A DNA stretch of 63,950 bases, counting the filler, from Octopus bimaculoides (taxonomy: Eukaryota), in the NCBI RefSeq assembly GCF_001194135.2. It is 6 parts of 4 records of this genome, joined end to end, with 100 filler letters (N's around TTAATTAATTAA, not from the genome) between each part and the next. Parts side by side here need not be neighbours in the genome. Positions count along the whole stretch, not along the records: positions 1 to 12,724 come from NC_068982.1; 5 more parts are not named here. The stretch is one strand, 5' to 3'. A program made the position numbers and the translations under genes. Shown in pieces: positions 1 through 10,888 of this stretch (position 1 is the first letter of the stretch; each line of letters starts with the position of its first letter). A model generated the notes under the pieces. The model was not told the DNA's origin and did not search any database. It saw only the letters and a program-made list of their open reading frames with translations.

Positions 1-40
<40 letters not shown>
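1..40. repeat. (CA)n microsatellite
   Basis: Perfect AC run at the window start. Confidence 0.95.
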
Positions 41-43
<3 letters not shown>

Positions 44-54
44 GTTAATTAAAA

Positions 55-300
55 AAAGAGAGAAAAGAAAAGGAAAGAAATAAAAAAACAAAAAGAGGAC
101 GTAGCACAAGCAATATATTACTATGACGCTCAGAGAAGGTAAAGAGTAATTGCTTTAGGTTTCGAGCAAAGCTCTTCTTCGGAAACAGGAAAAGCAGGGA
201 AGTCCAAATGGAAAAAGGAAGAACGAGGAAAAAATCGCCAATAATCTACGTGCGGTTACATTTCTAAAGTGACCGGAAGTAGAAGGACAAACAGAAAGCG
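55..300 (-). mobile_element. Penelope-type terminal-repeat fragment with a degenerate hammerhead motif
   Basis: Minus strand 187-151 reads TGTTT-CCGAAGA-A-GAGC-TTT-GCTC-GAAAC-C-TA-AAGCA, i.e. hammerhead order with stems I and II but an altered core. A related fragment lacking the motif lies at about 51650-51725. Confidence 0.45.
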
Positions 301-867
301 CTTTCTGGGAAGGAGAGTGTGAAGATGGTCGGTATGTGTGTGTGTGTGTGTGTGTGGAAGCGTATGTATATATGGTAGCGTGTGTGCGTGTGGTGGTAAC
401 TGTGTGTGTTTGTGGGAGCAATGTCTGTGTGTGTGTCAGTATCTGTGTGTGTGCGTGTTAATGTCGCTCTGAGAGGTTAGCAGCTATAGTGACAGGTGTG
501 TGAATGGGTGGTTGTGACAGTGTGTATGCGTGCATGTATGTATCCGTTGTGTGGCCAGTGTAGTCGCATCTGCTTCTCAAAGGAAAGGTTACTCAGCCAT
601 AAGCGCAGTCACAGAGGTGACACCGTCTACTAATGAGATGTCCAGCATGTTTTCTCGATCACCTTGTGTAGTAGAGGGTGTGGGTTAGCCAGTAGGCTCA
701 CTCTGCATTATAGGTCTCAACATTCAGATAGTCAGGCAGCTACTGGAAGGCTGATTTGGTGGTCTTACAGGCCCTCGAAGCCATATGAAATTTCATATTC
801 GGTGATGTTTTTTAGCGTGAAAAGAGTCTAAGAAGTAGTCATACTCAGTCACGAGTTGACTACCACT

Positions 868-998
868 ATGTATGTATGTATGTATGTATGTATGTATGTA
901 TGTATGTATGTATGTATGTATGTATGTATGCATGCGTGCATGTATGCCTGTATGTATGTATGTATGTATGTATGTATGTATGTATGTATGTATGTGTG
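868..998. repeat. (TATG)n microsatellite
   Basis: Tetranucleotide array flanking the 3' end of the adjacent R4/Dong fragment. Confidence 0.95.
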
Positions 999-1004
999 TA
1001 TGTG

Positions 1005-1830
1005 TCTTCTATTTTTTAGCCGGTTTCCAACAAAGATACAAGGCTCCATCTTTGGGATGTAGTTAACACGGACAAATTCACATTTGGAACTTGAGAAAAG
1101 TCTTGCATATTTTTACTGTTCCACTCACAGATTACACTTGTAATGTACGAATTAGCTGGTCGATTCTTCTTTCTGAAAATCACAATTTATCCAGATTCTC
1201 CTTTAAGCATTTACTAACAAAACCTAGTGATGCAATTATTATTGGTATGAATATGAATTCATAGTCTGGATATAGAAGCTGGAGGTTTCGAAGCAGCTGT
1301 TCATAGACATCCGCTTTTTCTTTGATTTTCAAAGAGATATTTATATCTACAGGGCGTCTGACCTCTATGATGGTACATACTTTTGTCCCTCTGACCCAAA
1401 CAACAATATCCGGCTTGTTATGCTTACATTTGACAGAAGTTTTGATGGGAATATTCCATCAGTATTCCTTGAGTTGGTGTTTATGAATGTATTCCATAAC
1501 AGGGATTTTCTAAGTTTATTTCAGGACAATCTTTTTTGCGGATGGCATTGTAAATTGTTTTAGCGACAACATCGTGCCGCATAGGAAGGTAGTACCGTGA
1601 CGACATTCAAGGGCAGCTGCTAATCATATATGTGATGTCTTCCACAGAAACATGACATAGCCTACACATGCGGTTGTACCTTGGGATTACAAGAGCGTCA
1701 TTGTCTCTCTTGTTTACCAGGTACTTTGTGGCAATCTCCTGTTCCTGGATTGCAAACGCATAGCCTTCAAAGCGAGTGCTTCCTGAGGAGGTCACTGCCA
1801 ACTAGTACAATGTTGCTCACTTCACTTTTC
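1005..1830 (-). mobile_element. R4/Dong-clade non-LTR retrotransposon, 5'-truncated 3' fragment (CCHC knuckle plus restriction-like endonuclease)
   Basis: Minus-strand translation gives CRLCHVSVEDITYMISSCP, then RHDVVAK-like, KHNKPDI (RLE PD motif) and FIPIIIG segments, with stops and frameshifts. Confidence 0.85.
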
Positions 1831-1865
1831 AGCACTGTACTTATATATTTATTTTTGCTGCTGCT

Positions 1866-1966
1866 GCATGTATGTATGTATGTATGTATGTATGTATGTA
1901 TGTATGTATGTATGTATGCATGCATGCATGCATGTATGTATGTATGTATGTACGTATGCATGTATG

Positions 1967-2000
<34 letters not shown>

Positions 2001-2022
2001 TGCATGCATGCATGTATGTATG
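1866..2022. repeat. (TATG)n microsatellite
   Basis: Array between two R4/Dong fragments. Confidence 0.95.
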
Positions 2023-2029
2023 CTTCACT

Positions 2030-2640
2030 TCTGTTTATCCTCATTTAAATTATTCCTTTGAAGAAGGAGCTGGCTTCTAACAAAGAAACAAAGCTCTATT
2101 ACTGGAATATAGATAACAAAAACAATGTCACATTTTAAACCTCAGAAAAGTCTTGCATAGTTTTACTGTTCCGCTTACAGACCGTATTTGTAATGTGCGA
2201 GTCAGTTGGGTGATTTCTTTTTCTGAAAATCCAAACTCAGCCAGACTGACAGTTGGGCATTTACTTACAAAACTAAGTGCTCCAATTGTTATTGGTATAA
2301 ATGTAAATTTGTAATCCGGATATAGAAGATGGACGTTTCGAAGCAGTTGTCCATAGTTATCTTCTTTCTCTTTGATTTTCTAGGAGATATTCACATCAGT
2401 AAGACTGCTGACCTCTATGACACTACATATTTTATTCCTGTATGTAGACCACACATCGCTGTCCTTGGAATATAGATATGAATCCATATTACCAGCGTAA
2501 TTCAAGGACTGGAAGATATATTATGAAATTAACGACAGGAATGCTGATTGCATGTATTTCATCATCAATGCGTTTGCTTCTAGTTTTTAACTGCGTAACT
2601 GACTTCAGAAAGTTGTATAATAGCATTATATCGTGACTGT
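2030..2640 (-). mobile_element. R4/Dong-clade LINE, second diverged 3' fragment
   Basis: Aligns by eye to 1005-1600 (e.g. GAAAAGTCTTGCATA.TTTTACTGTTCC and TTTCGAAGCAG.TGT.CATAG are shared). Translates to FIPIIIGAL.FVS-like RLE C-terminus. Confidence 0.75.
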
Positions 2641-2787
2641 ATAAAGAGTGGAGCGGGACATAGTTTGACGTTTATAGAGGAACTTGAATTTAAGAGTTAC
2701 TTGAGGCAAAGCCATTTAAAATTTGTTTTAGTGTGTTCTGTTGTATAATGTAGGTTAAACTTTCTTTCAATAAAAATGATTAAATAT

Positions 2788-2950
2788 AGGCACAGACGTA
2801 GCTGTGTGGTTAAGAGCTCGCTTTGAAACAACGTGGTTTCGGGTTTAGCCCTACGGTGCGGCACCTTGGGTGTATTTTACTATAGCCTCGGGCCGATAGA
2901 TGCCTTCTGAGAGAATTTGATTGACGAAAACTGTGGAAGTCCATCGTATG
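2788..2950 (+). mobile_element. tRNA-derived SINE, family A
   Basis: A/B-box-like head, GGCACCTTGGG...TACTATAGCCTCGGGCCGA body and TATG tail. Homologous to copies at 22.0, 27.4 and 47.6 kb. Confidence 0.75.
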
Positions 2951-2986
<36 letters not shown>

Positions 2987-4691
2987 TGTATATATATTTC
3001 GTGTTTTTCCATGGTCTGTTTGGAGTCTTTGTTCGTTTTTACTGCTTAACTGGTGTTTGTTGACGTTGGATGCTTTGATAGGTAACTGTCGACCAATGAA
3101 AATGAGTGCATTGTTAGATATAATTTCTTTATTTGTGAATTAAGGCTACCATTGGTTTCATGTGAAGAAACGTAGGAAATACAAATAAAGTAATTATATA
3201 TCCGCCAATGCAGTGTTGAACACTCATTTCATTGTTCGACATTTGCCAAAACTGCAACGATGATCTGGAACTCGACTGACGAAAGAAAACTCCGAATGAC
3301 CCGTCCTTGTTTTTTCTTGTCCCTTCTTGTATCATCTAACTGTCTGGGTGTTTTGTTATCGCCTCTTCCATTCTTGTCCGACTTTTTGTATTCTTTGATA
3401 TATATATNNNNNNNNNNNNNNNNNNNNNNNNNNNNNNNNNNNNNNNNNNNNNNNNNNNNNNNNNNNNNNNNNNNNNNNNNNNNNNNNNNNNNNNNNNNNN
3501 NNNNNNNNNNNNNNNNNNNNNNNNNNNNNNNNNNNNNNNNNNNNNNNNNNNNNNNNNNNNNNNNNNNNNNNNNNNNNNNNNNNNNNNNNNNNNNNNNNNN
3601 NNNNNNNNNNNNNNNNNNNNNNNNNNNNNNNNNNNNNNNNNNNNNNNNNNNNNNNNNNNNNNNNNNNNNNNNNNNNNNNNNNNNNNNNNNNNNNNNNNNN
3701 NNNNNNNNNNNNNNNNNNNNNNNNNNNNNNNNNNNNNNNNNNNNNNNNNNNNNNNNNNNNNNNNNNNNNNNNNNNNNNNNNNNNNNNNNNNNNNNNNNNN
3801 NNNNNNNNNNNNNNNNNNNNNNNNNNNNNNNNNNNNNNNNNNNNNNNNNNNNNNNNNNNNNNNNNNNNNNNNNNNNNNNNNNNNNNNNNNNNNNNNNNNN
3901 NNNNNNNNNNNNNNNNNNNNNNNNNNNNNNNNNNNNNNNNNNNNNNNNNNNNNNNNNNNNNNNNNNNNNNNNNNNNNNNNNNNNNNNNNNNNNNNNNNNN
4001 NNNNNNNNNNNNNNNNNNNNNNNNNNNNNNNNNNNNNNNNNNNNNNNNNNNNNNNNNNNNNNNNNNNNNNNNNNNNNNNNNNNNNNNNNNNNNNNNNNNN
4101 NNNNNNNNNNNNNNNNNNNNNNNNNNNNNNNNNNNNNNNNNNNNNNNNNNNNNNNNNNNNNNTATATATACATACATGAATGTATGGGTACAGGAAGTAA
4201 AAAAAACGTGAACGAAATGAGAAACGAGAAGATAAAAAACAAAAGCATGGAAAACAAACTTTTTTCGAACAACAAAAGAAACAAATAGAGAAACGTGACA
4301 GCCAACATAAAAAACATTCCCTTCGTCAGTTGTCTCCTGTTATATCTACTCTGCGTTTCGAAGGTAGGGACAAGACGCGACTTCGTTTAATCAGTCGTTC
4401 CTGCAAAGCAAATTAAATAACATTTGGGATTTTTAAAAACAGGACAGTAAGAACAAAACAGTAAAAACAAACGGTGAGGGCTGTTAAGCTATAATGAGGT
4501 AAAGTGATGAACGCAGGAAAAACGAGCTTTGAGAAGAGACAGGCAAAAGCACGTCTTGTCTTTAAGAAGGAAGTGGAAGAAAGAAAGATAAATAGCCGTT
4601 GGTCACGTGTGAGCAAGGAGAGAGTAAAGGAGGAAGAGTGCATATCATATTATCATATGATCGAATACCACGCATCCATTCCCAAGTAAGT

Positions 4692-4743
<52 letters not shown>

Positions 4744-4904
4744 TGTATGTATGTATGTATGTATGTATGCATGCATGTATGTCTGTGTATGTATGTATGT
4801 ATGTATGCATGTATGTGTGTATGTATGTATGTATGTATGCATGTATGTGTGTATGTACGTATTATGTTTGTATGTATGCATGTGAGTGTGTGTGTATGTG
4901 TATT

Positions 4905-5040
4905 CCACCACCGCTTTACAATCAGCGTTGGCTCATGTCCCCATAACTTAGTCGTTCGACACAAGTTAGACTAAATACCGAACTTTAGAAAGTACACAAG
5001 TACTGGGATCGATTTATTCGACTAAGCCCAATGACTGCAG
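4905..5040 (-). mobile_element. Interspersed repeat, family C fragment
   Basis: Reverse-complement similarity to 31640-31845 and 37010-37160. Confidence 0.5.
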
Positions 5041-5429
5041 GAAGTATGCGGTAAAATAAAAGAACATAAACAAATACTATGAAAGAATTGTCGAAAGAAG
5101 CTAAGTTATGAGTAACTGAACGCAACATAAATATATTATTGAATGAATATAAGCTGTAAATAAACAGACTAGGTTAGTTGTGGTCATACTGGATCGGTAG
5201 GAGGTGGATTGTGGCTTATGGAAAACTCTTATAAAAAGGTTAAAAGATGTACAATAAGATACCATAAGATCGCAAATGTCACGTTAACAAACCTGAGATG
5301 TATAAAATGCAGCTTTAGGAGATTAAATACCTTAAGAACAGAACTAAAAAGCATTGTTATTTTACAGCATAGTTATTTTACAGCATAGTTATTTGCTGTT
5401 TGGGGTGGGACAGTTGTGGAAATGACACT

Positions 5430-5917
5430 GCGCATCTGAGTGTGTGTGTATCTGTGTGTGTTTTATATGTGTATGTGTGTGTTTATCTGTGGGGGTGTGC
5501 GTGTGTGCGTGTGTGTGTATGTGCATGTGTGTGTTGTATCTTTTTTATATGTGCATGTGTGTGTATATATGTGAGTGTATGTGTATCTGTGCGCGTGTAT
5601 GAATTTTATGCGTGCATATGAGTGTATATCTGTGAGTGTGTGTGTGTCTGTGTGCGCGTGTATGTATTTTATTCGAGCATGTATGTGTATATCTGTGAGT
5701 GTGTGTGTGCGCGTATGTATTTTATATGTGCATGTGTGTGTATATTTGTGAGTGTGCATGTGTGTGTGTATGTGTGTTCGTTTTGTGCTTTATATGTGCA
5801 TGTGTGTATATATATCTATGAGTGTGTACGCGTGTGTGTATATGTGTTTTCGTGCATGTTTGTGCGTATGTATATGTGTGAGTGCGTGTGCGTCTGTGTG
5901 TGTGTGTGTGTGTGCGT

Positions 5918-6001
<84 letters not shown>
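5430..6001. repeat. Degenerate TG-rich compound satellite ending in (GA)n
   Basis: Recurring roughly 60-bp TATGTGCATGTGTGTG... blocks, then a pure AG run. Confidence 0.85.
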
Positions 6002-6006
<5 letters not shown>

Positions 6007-6130
6007 CGAAAATAGTTGGGACAGAATGTAAAGTAGTAAATCAATAATAATAAAGGATGAAAGGTAAACATAGAAAGAGAACAACGAATTGAAGATAAAA
6101 AGAAACAGCTCAGAGGTCAAGCAGCAACGT

Positions 6131-6153
6131 TAGTAGTGGTAGTAGTAGTAGTT

Positions 6154-6214
<61 letters not shown>

Positions 6215-6228
6215 TGGTAGTGGTGGTG

Positions 6229-6277
<49 letters not shown>

Positions 6278-6710
6278 TAGTAGTAGTGGTAGTGGTAGTG
6301 GTAGTGNNNNNNNNNNNNNNNNNNNNNNNNNNNNNNNNNNNNNNNNNNNNNNNNNNNNNNNNNNNNNNNNNNNNNNNNNNNNNNNNNNNNNNNNNNNNNN
6401 NNNNNNNNNNNNNNNNNNNNNNNNNNNNNNNNNNNNNNNNNNNNNNNNNNNNNNNNNNNNNNNNNNNNNNNNNNNNNNNNNNNNNNNNNNNNNNNNNNNN
6501 NNNNNNNNNNNNNNNNNNNNNNNNNNNNNNNNNNNNNNNNNNNNNNNNNNNNNNNNNNNNNNNNNNNNNNNNNNNNNNNNNNNNNNNNNNNNNNNNNNNN
6601 NNNNNNNNNNNNNNNNNNNNNNNNNNNNNNNNNNNNNNNNNNNNNNNNNNNNNNNNNNNNNNNNNNNNNNNNNNNNNNNNNNNNNNNNNNNNNNNNNNNN
6701 NNNNNNNNNN

Positions 6711-6755
<45 letters not shown>

Positions 6756-6777
6756 AGAAGAAGAAGAAGAAGAAGAA
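6131..6777. repeat. (TAG)n/(TGG)n/(AAG)n microsatellite spanning an N gap
   Basis: Direct sequence. It explains the poly-V/poly-Y ORFs in the track. Confidence 0.9.
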
Positions 6778-7020
6778 TGTAACTGTCATCTGAATAGTTG
6801 GTGCATTAACAACCAAATTTGAGAAATTGGGATTGACATGAAGGTAGAACATGCTAAAAAAAACTGCTTTATTTGAGACAGCGAGGATTTTGAGATTGGC
6901 ACGTGGGTGTTAAACATCGTGGAAAGAGACCCTGTGAGATCCTTGACAACAGGTTGTTGTCTGCTCTTGCAGAATTAACCGGAGCTAGTGAAGTCGAGAG
7001 CTCTGAGAAGTGAAATGGAC
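6778..7020 (+). mobile_element. R4/Dong-clade LINE, C-terminal end and 3' UTR
   Basis: Translates to IVGAL...FEKLG(I)DMKVEHA.KTALFETARILRL, resembling the conserved R4 terminus ..LLGTARILR. Confidence 0.6.
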
Positions 7021-7425
7021 GCCTATGAATGATAGATTATAAGAAAGCCTATGACATGATTCCACACTCATGCATAAGTGCATTTTGGAGTATATTCAGT
7101 ATTGCAGACAACGAAAGAGATTTAATTAGCTGTAGCATGAAGAAATGGAAAGTAGATTTGTATTCAGGTTACACAGCCTCAGGGAAAGATAATATTAAGA
7201 AACGAGTTTTCCAAGGATATTCGTTATCCCCTTTAATATTTGTGATTTGCTTAATCCTCCTCAGTTTAGTTTTAAGAAAGGCAAAAGTAGAGTATCTGTT
7301 CAGAGATAATAAGAGGAAAATTAGCCATTTGCTTTAAATGGCTGATCTGAAGCCTTTTAGTAAGAATGAAAAAGAGATAGATTCCTTAATACAAAGTGTA
7401 AGACTCTTCTGCAAAAATATAGGGA
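7020..7425 (+). mobile_element. R4/Dong-clade reverse transcriptase fragment
   Basis: ORF 7029-7337 contains IDYKKAYDMIPHS and FQGYSLSPLIF, followed by ISHLL*MADLK (decayed F/YMDD). Confidence 0.85.
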
Positions 7426-7689
7426 TCTTAATAATACTAAAACTCTAGAGATGTTTGTGTGTACCCGAAATATTTCAGAAATAGTAGATCTTATCTCCTA
7501 CCACGTAACAGCTATTTGCGATAAAGGAACCGAAATGCCTGTTACGTGGGAGCGTGATTTCGTTGTCACATTCATTGAAAGCATGCAAAATAACCAGGAA
7601 AAGATTTTAAAAAAAAACCCTACGAAACAAAACTCCGTTGCTGGGAAACTCAGACTTTCTAGGCGACCCAACGGGTCACGGGTAGTCTA

Positions 7690-7690
<1 letters not shown>
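7426..7690 (+). mobile_element. Short non-autonomous Helitron
   Basis: 5' A|TC(TTAATAATACTAAA), 3' hairpin GACCC-AAC-GGGTC followed by CTAG|T. Inserted between A7425 and T7691 with no TSD. Confidence 0.7.
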
Positions 7691-7731
<41 letters not shown>

Positions 7732-8298
7732 AAAGTTTAGGTTAACTCAAATATGTTTGTGACATATTTTAACTTCTAAAGGCGACTTTACTGCAGTTTA
7801 CCATAGAGAAAAATCTCTCGCGTACGGCAAGAGTGTAAACAGAACATTGCCAGCTAAGTGGCACCCTCTATCGAGTCCCTATGTGCATTTCTTGCTGGTT
7901 GTACTTTTTTTTTTTTAGTAGGGAATACCAAAGAGAGACAAACCTGAGTTGATTAGAAAGCCGTAGCTGTCAGTCAATACGATTTGCGCTCGCAGATTAC
8001 CCGGCCAAGATAAATGCATATGCATAAGTGTACAGCAGAAATGAGAAATGAGCAAACTTTGGATTTCTTCAGATATGCTTGTGTCATATTTTAACTACTA
8101 AAGATCTGCTGTATAATCCTGTGTGGGCTTAGGAGGAATCCAGTGGTGGTCTGGAGGGCGGAATACTCAAAGGTTGCCCTGAGTGGCACACACACACACA
8201 CACACACTAGCAACGCCAGGATGGAAATTTGTCCGTCCCTTTTCAATCTCCACAGTCCTACCGCCAATGAGAAACAGTCACACGCATACACACACACA

Positions 8299-8330
<32 letters not shown>

Positions 8331-8921
8331 TACACACACACTACACGCATACATAATTGTTTATTTTAAAGGCTTGTGTACAAATGTTCACTTTAAACTT
8401 GCATCGAATATATGACTCAGCAGTGATTAGTAGAATCCAAATAATGCGTATTGTTAATAGTAGCGACTATTTACTCTGACTTTTCGCCGATACTGGTTTC
8501 TTAGAACAATGTTTTGAAAAGGTCGAATCGGCGTCGCTTTGTAAAAAATCGCTTTTTACCTGTTTCTTTCTGGTAAATATCACATATGTATATGAATAGA
8601 TTGACATGTTTGAATTTGTCTATGTTACTCAAATGAATGCCAACCACTTGGAGTTATCTCCTTTAGAGCATTTTTGTTTAAAAAGTTCCTGGCTTTGGAT
8701 AAATGAAAATACAGGAGGATCAGTTAATTATGATTTTATTCAACATATTCTCTTCCCAGATTCACACACTTATTGCAGGTGTCCCTCAATTTTTCTAAGC
8801 CCTGTAAAAGAGCTCGGAATGTTGGGCTTCCAGCCGGCATTTCATAATACCCTTCAAGCTAGGAACTTTTCAGCACCCCATCATGTGTGTGTGTGTGTCT
8901 GTGTGTGTGTGTAAGATTTAA

Positions 8922-9228
8922 GGGGTGGAGCAGATGAAATCCGGGCTACATACGTTTCATAGCGAGCCGAACCTCGGAAGTGGTAAATATCTAAGCGAGG
9001 TGTATACCACTAGCTTCTCTTCAGGCCAAGAGTATCTTGATTAAATGAAGTTTATATTGTCTTTAGGAGGCATTCGATCGAACTTTCTGCGTGTTAACAT
9101 GTGCATCTCAACGACAATATAAACTTCATTTAATCATGACACCCTTACACCTCACTTGGATGTTTCCTACTTCCAAGGTTCCGCTCTTTATGAAACATAT
9201 GTAGCCCGGATTTTACCTATTCCATTCC
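8922..9228. mobile_element. MITE with TTAA target duplication and GG...CC termini (Kolobok-like)
   Basis: TTAA at 8918-8921 and 9229-9232. Imperfect 41-bp TIRs (33/41 identical) share AAATCCGGGCTACATA.GTTTCATA. Confidence 0.6.
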
Positions 9229-9434
9229 TTAACTCATAGATTTTTATTGGTATACCTGGAAATCCTGGTTGCTTACCGTGAAATATGAAATAATTTTTTC
9301 GGCTTATCGTACTTCGATAAGGAAAAAATCCACAACATTCCACACCAATAAATCATTATTTTTCCTGAAAGTTGCTTTTTATATTTTCTACAGATTGTTT
9401 GAAGCTCGCGTTCTTCCTATGCCTCGATCCTTGG

Positions 9435-9600
<166 letters not shown>

Positions 9601-9871
9601 ACATATGTGTTTGTGTGTCTATGCATCTATCATGTATGTATATGTGTGCATGTGTATATATATTAGTTTATATGTATATGTTTGTGTGCGTGTGTATATG
9701 TATGCGAGTTATGTATGAATATACGTATGCATGTATATGTATACGTGGAGAGCGAGAGAGAGAGAGAGAAAGAGAGAGACGCACATATAGACAGAGATAG
9801 AAAGAGAGATAGAGTGCTACGATTGTACTAAAAATACAAATGTGTTTTATTTTTATAGTTCATCACGGTTT

Positions 9872-10062
9872 AAGATGGCTGACAGAATCGTTAGCGCACC
9901 GGGCAAAATGTTTGTAGTAATTTTCTCGTCTTTACGTTCTGAGTTCATATTGCACAGAGGACGACTTTATCTTTCATCCCTCTCGGGAATCGATGAGATA
10001 AGTACCACGAGCAGCCACCTCCCCAAAAATTCAAGGCCTTATCCCTATAGTAGAAAGAATAT
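9872..10062 (+). mobile_element. SINE, family B (GGCAGAA.CGTTAGC...TTTCATCC...GTCGAT...AAGTACC)
   Basis: Homologous to copies at 35.9, 45.1, 47.9 and 48.3 kb. Confidence 0.7.
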
Positions 10063-10439
10063 ATTTTNNNNNNNNNNNNNNNNNNNNNNNNNNNNNNNNN
10101 NNNNNNNNNNNNNNNNNNNNNNNNNNNNNNNNNNNNNNNNNNNNNNNNNNNNNNNNNNNNNNNNNNNNNNNNNNNNNNNNNNNNNNNNNNNNNNNNNNNN
10201 NNNNNNNNNNNNNNNNNNNNNNNNNNNNNNNNNNNNNNNNNNNNNNNNNNNNNNNNNNNNNNNNNNNNNNNNNNNNNNNNNNNNNNNNNNNNNNNNNNNN
10301 NNNNNNNNNNNNNNNNNNNNNNNNNNNNNNNNNNNNNNNNNNNNNNNNNNNNNNNNNNNNNNNNNNNNNNNNNNNNNNNNNNNNNNNNNNNNNNNNNNNN
10401 NNNNNNNNNNNNNNNNNNNNNNNNNNNNNNNNNNNNNNN

Positions 10440-10680
10440 CAGGATAACTGCCACCCGTTTGAGAAATGAGCCCCGCAAAATGGAGTGACAGCAGCAACGA
10501 GTGTCGCTAGCCATTCTCCGTGATGACGCCATCGTGGTAATGTTTGCAGGGCGATATTGTACACGGTACTCCCTGCCCATTTTGTGTTGTTTAATTTCCC
10601 CCCTTTTTTTTTTCTTTTCTTTGTTTCCTTGTAATTGAATTATGATTCAATATTTACGTAAATAAAATTAGCATTTAAAG
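10440..10680 (+). mobile_element. Possible L1/Tx1-type LINE 3' end
   Basis: GC-rich coding-like stretch (RLRNEPRKME) followed by a T-rich UTR and AATAAA. Resembles the 3' end of the 13.3-14.85 kb element. Confidence 0.3.
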
Positions 10681-10888
10681 TGCCGGGTTATTGTGATTAA
10701 TGCTGATACTATTGCCGGATTTAGAATTTTGTTGTCGCTCGATTTATGTCGATGTTTATTTTTATTTGTGACTAATGTATGTTATCGGTGTGAGCATATC
10801 GGAGTTCGTTTAGCCTTGTACTGTATTATGACTATGGATGTCATTAATCAGCTCATTTATTTATTCATTTATTTTAGAAGAATTCTGT

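Noticed and set aside
3280-3320. CTGACGA...CCGAA hammerhead-like string
   Set aside because: No GAAA, no stem II pairing and no stem III. At most a very decayed PLE end.
4315-4400. Minus-strand GAAAC...CTGACGA, a possible type II hammerhead
   Set aside because: Stem I cannot form and the stem II register is wrong.
8130-8290. GC-rich segment as an HDV-like ribozyme
   Set aside because: I could not build the nested P1/P2/P3/P1.1 pseudoknot on either strand.
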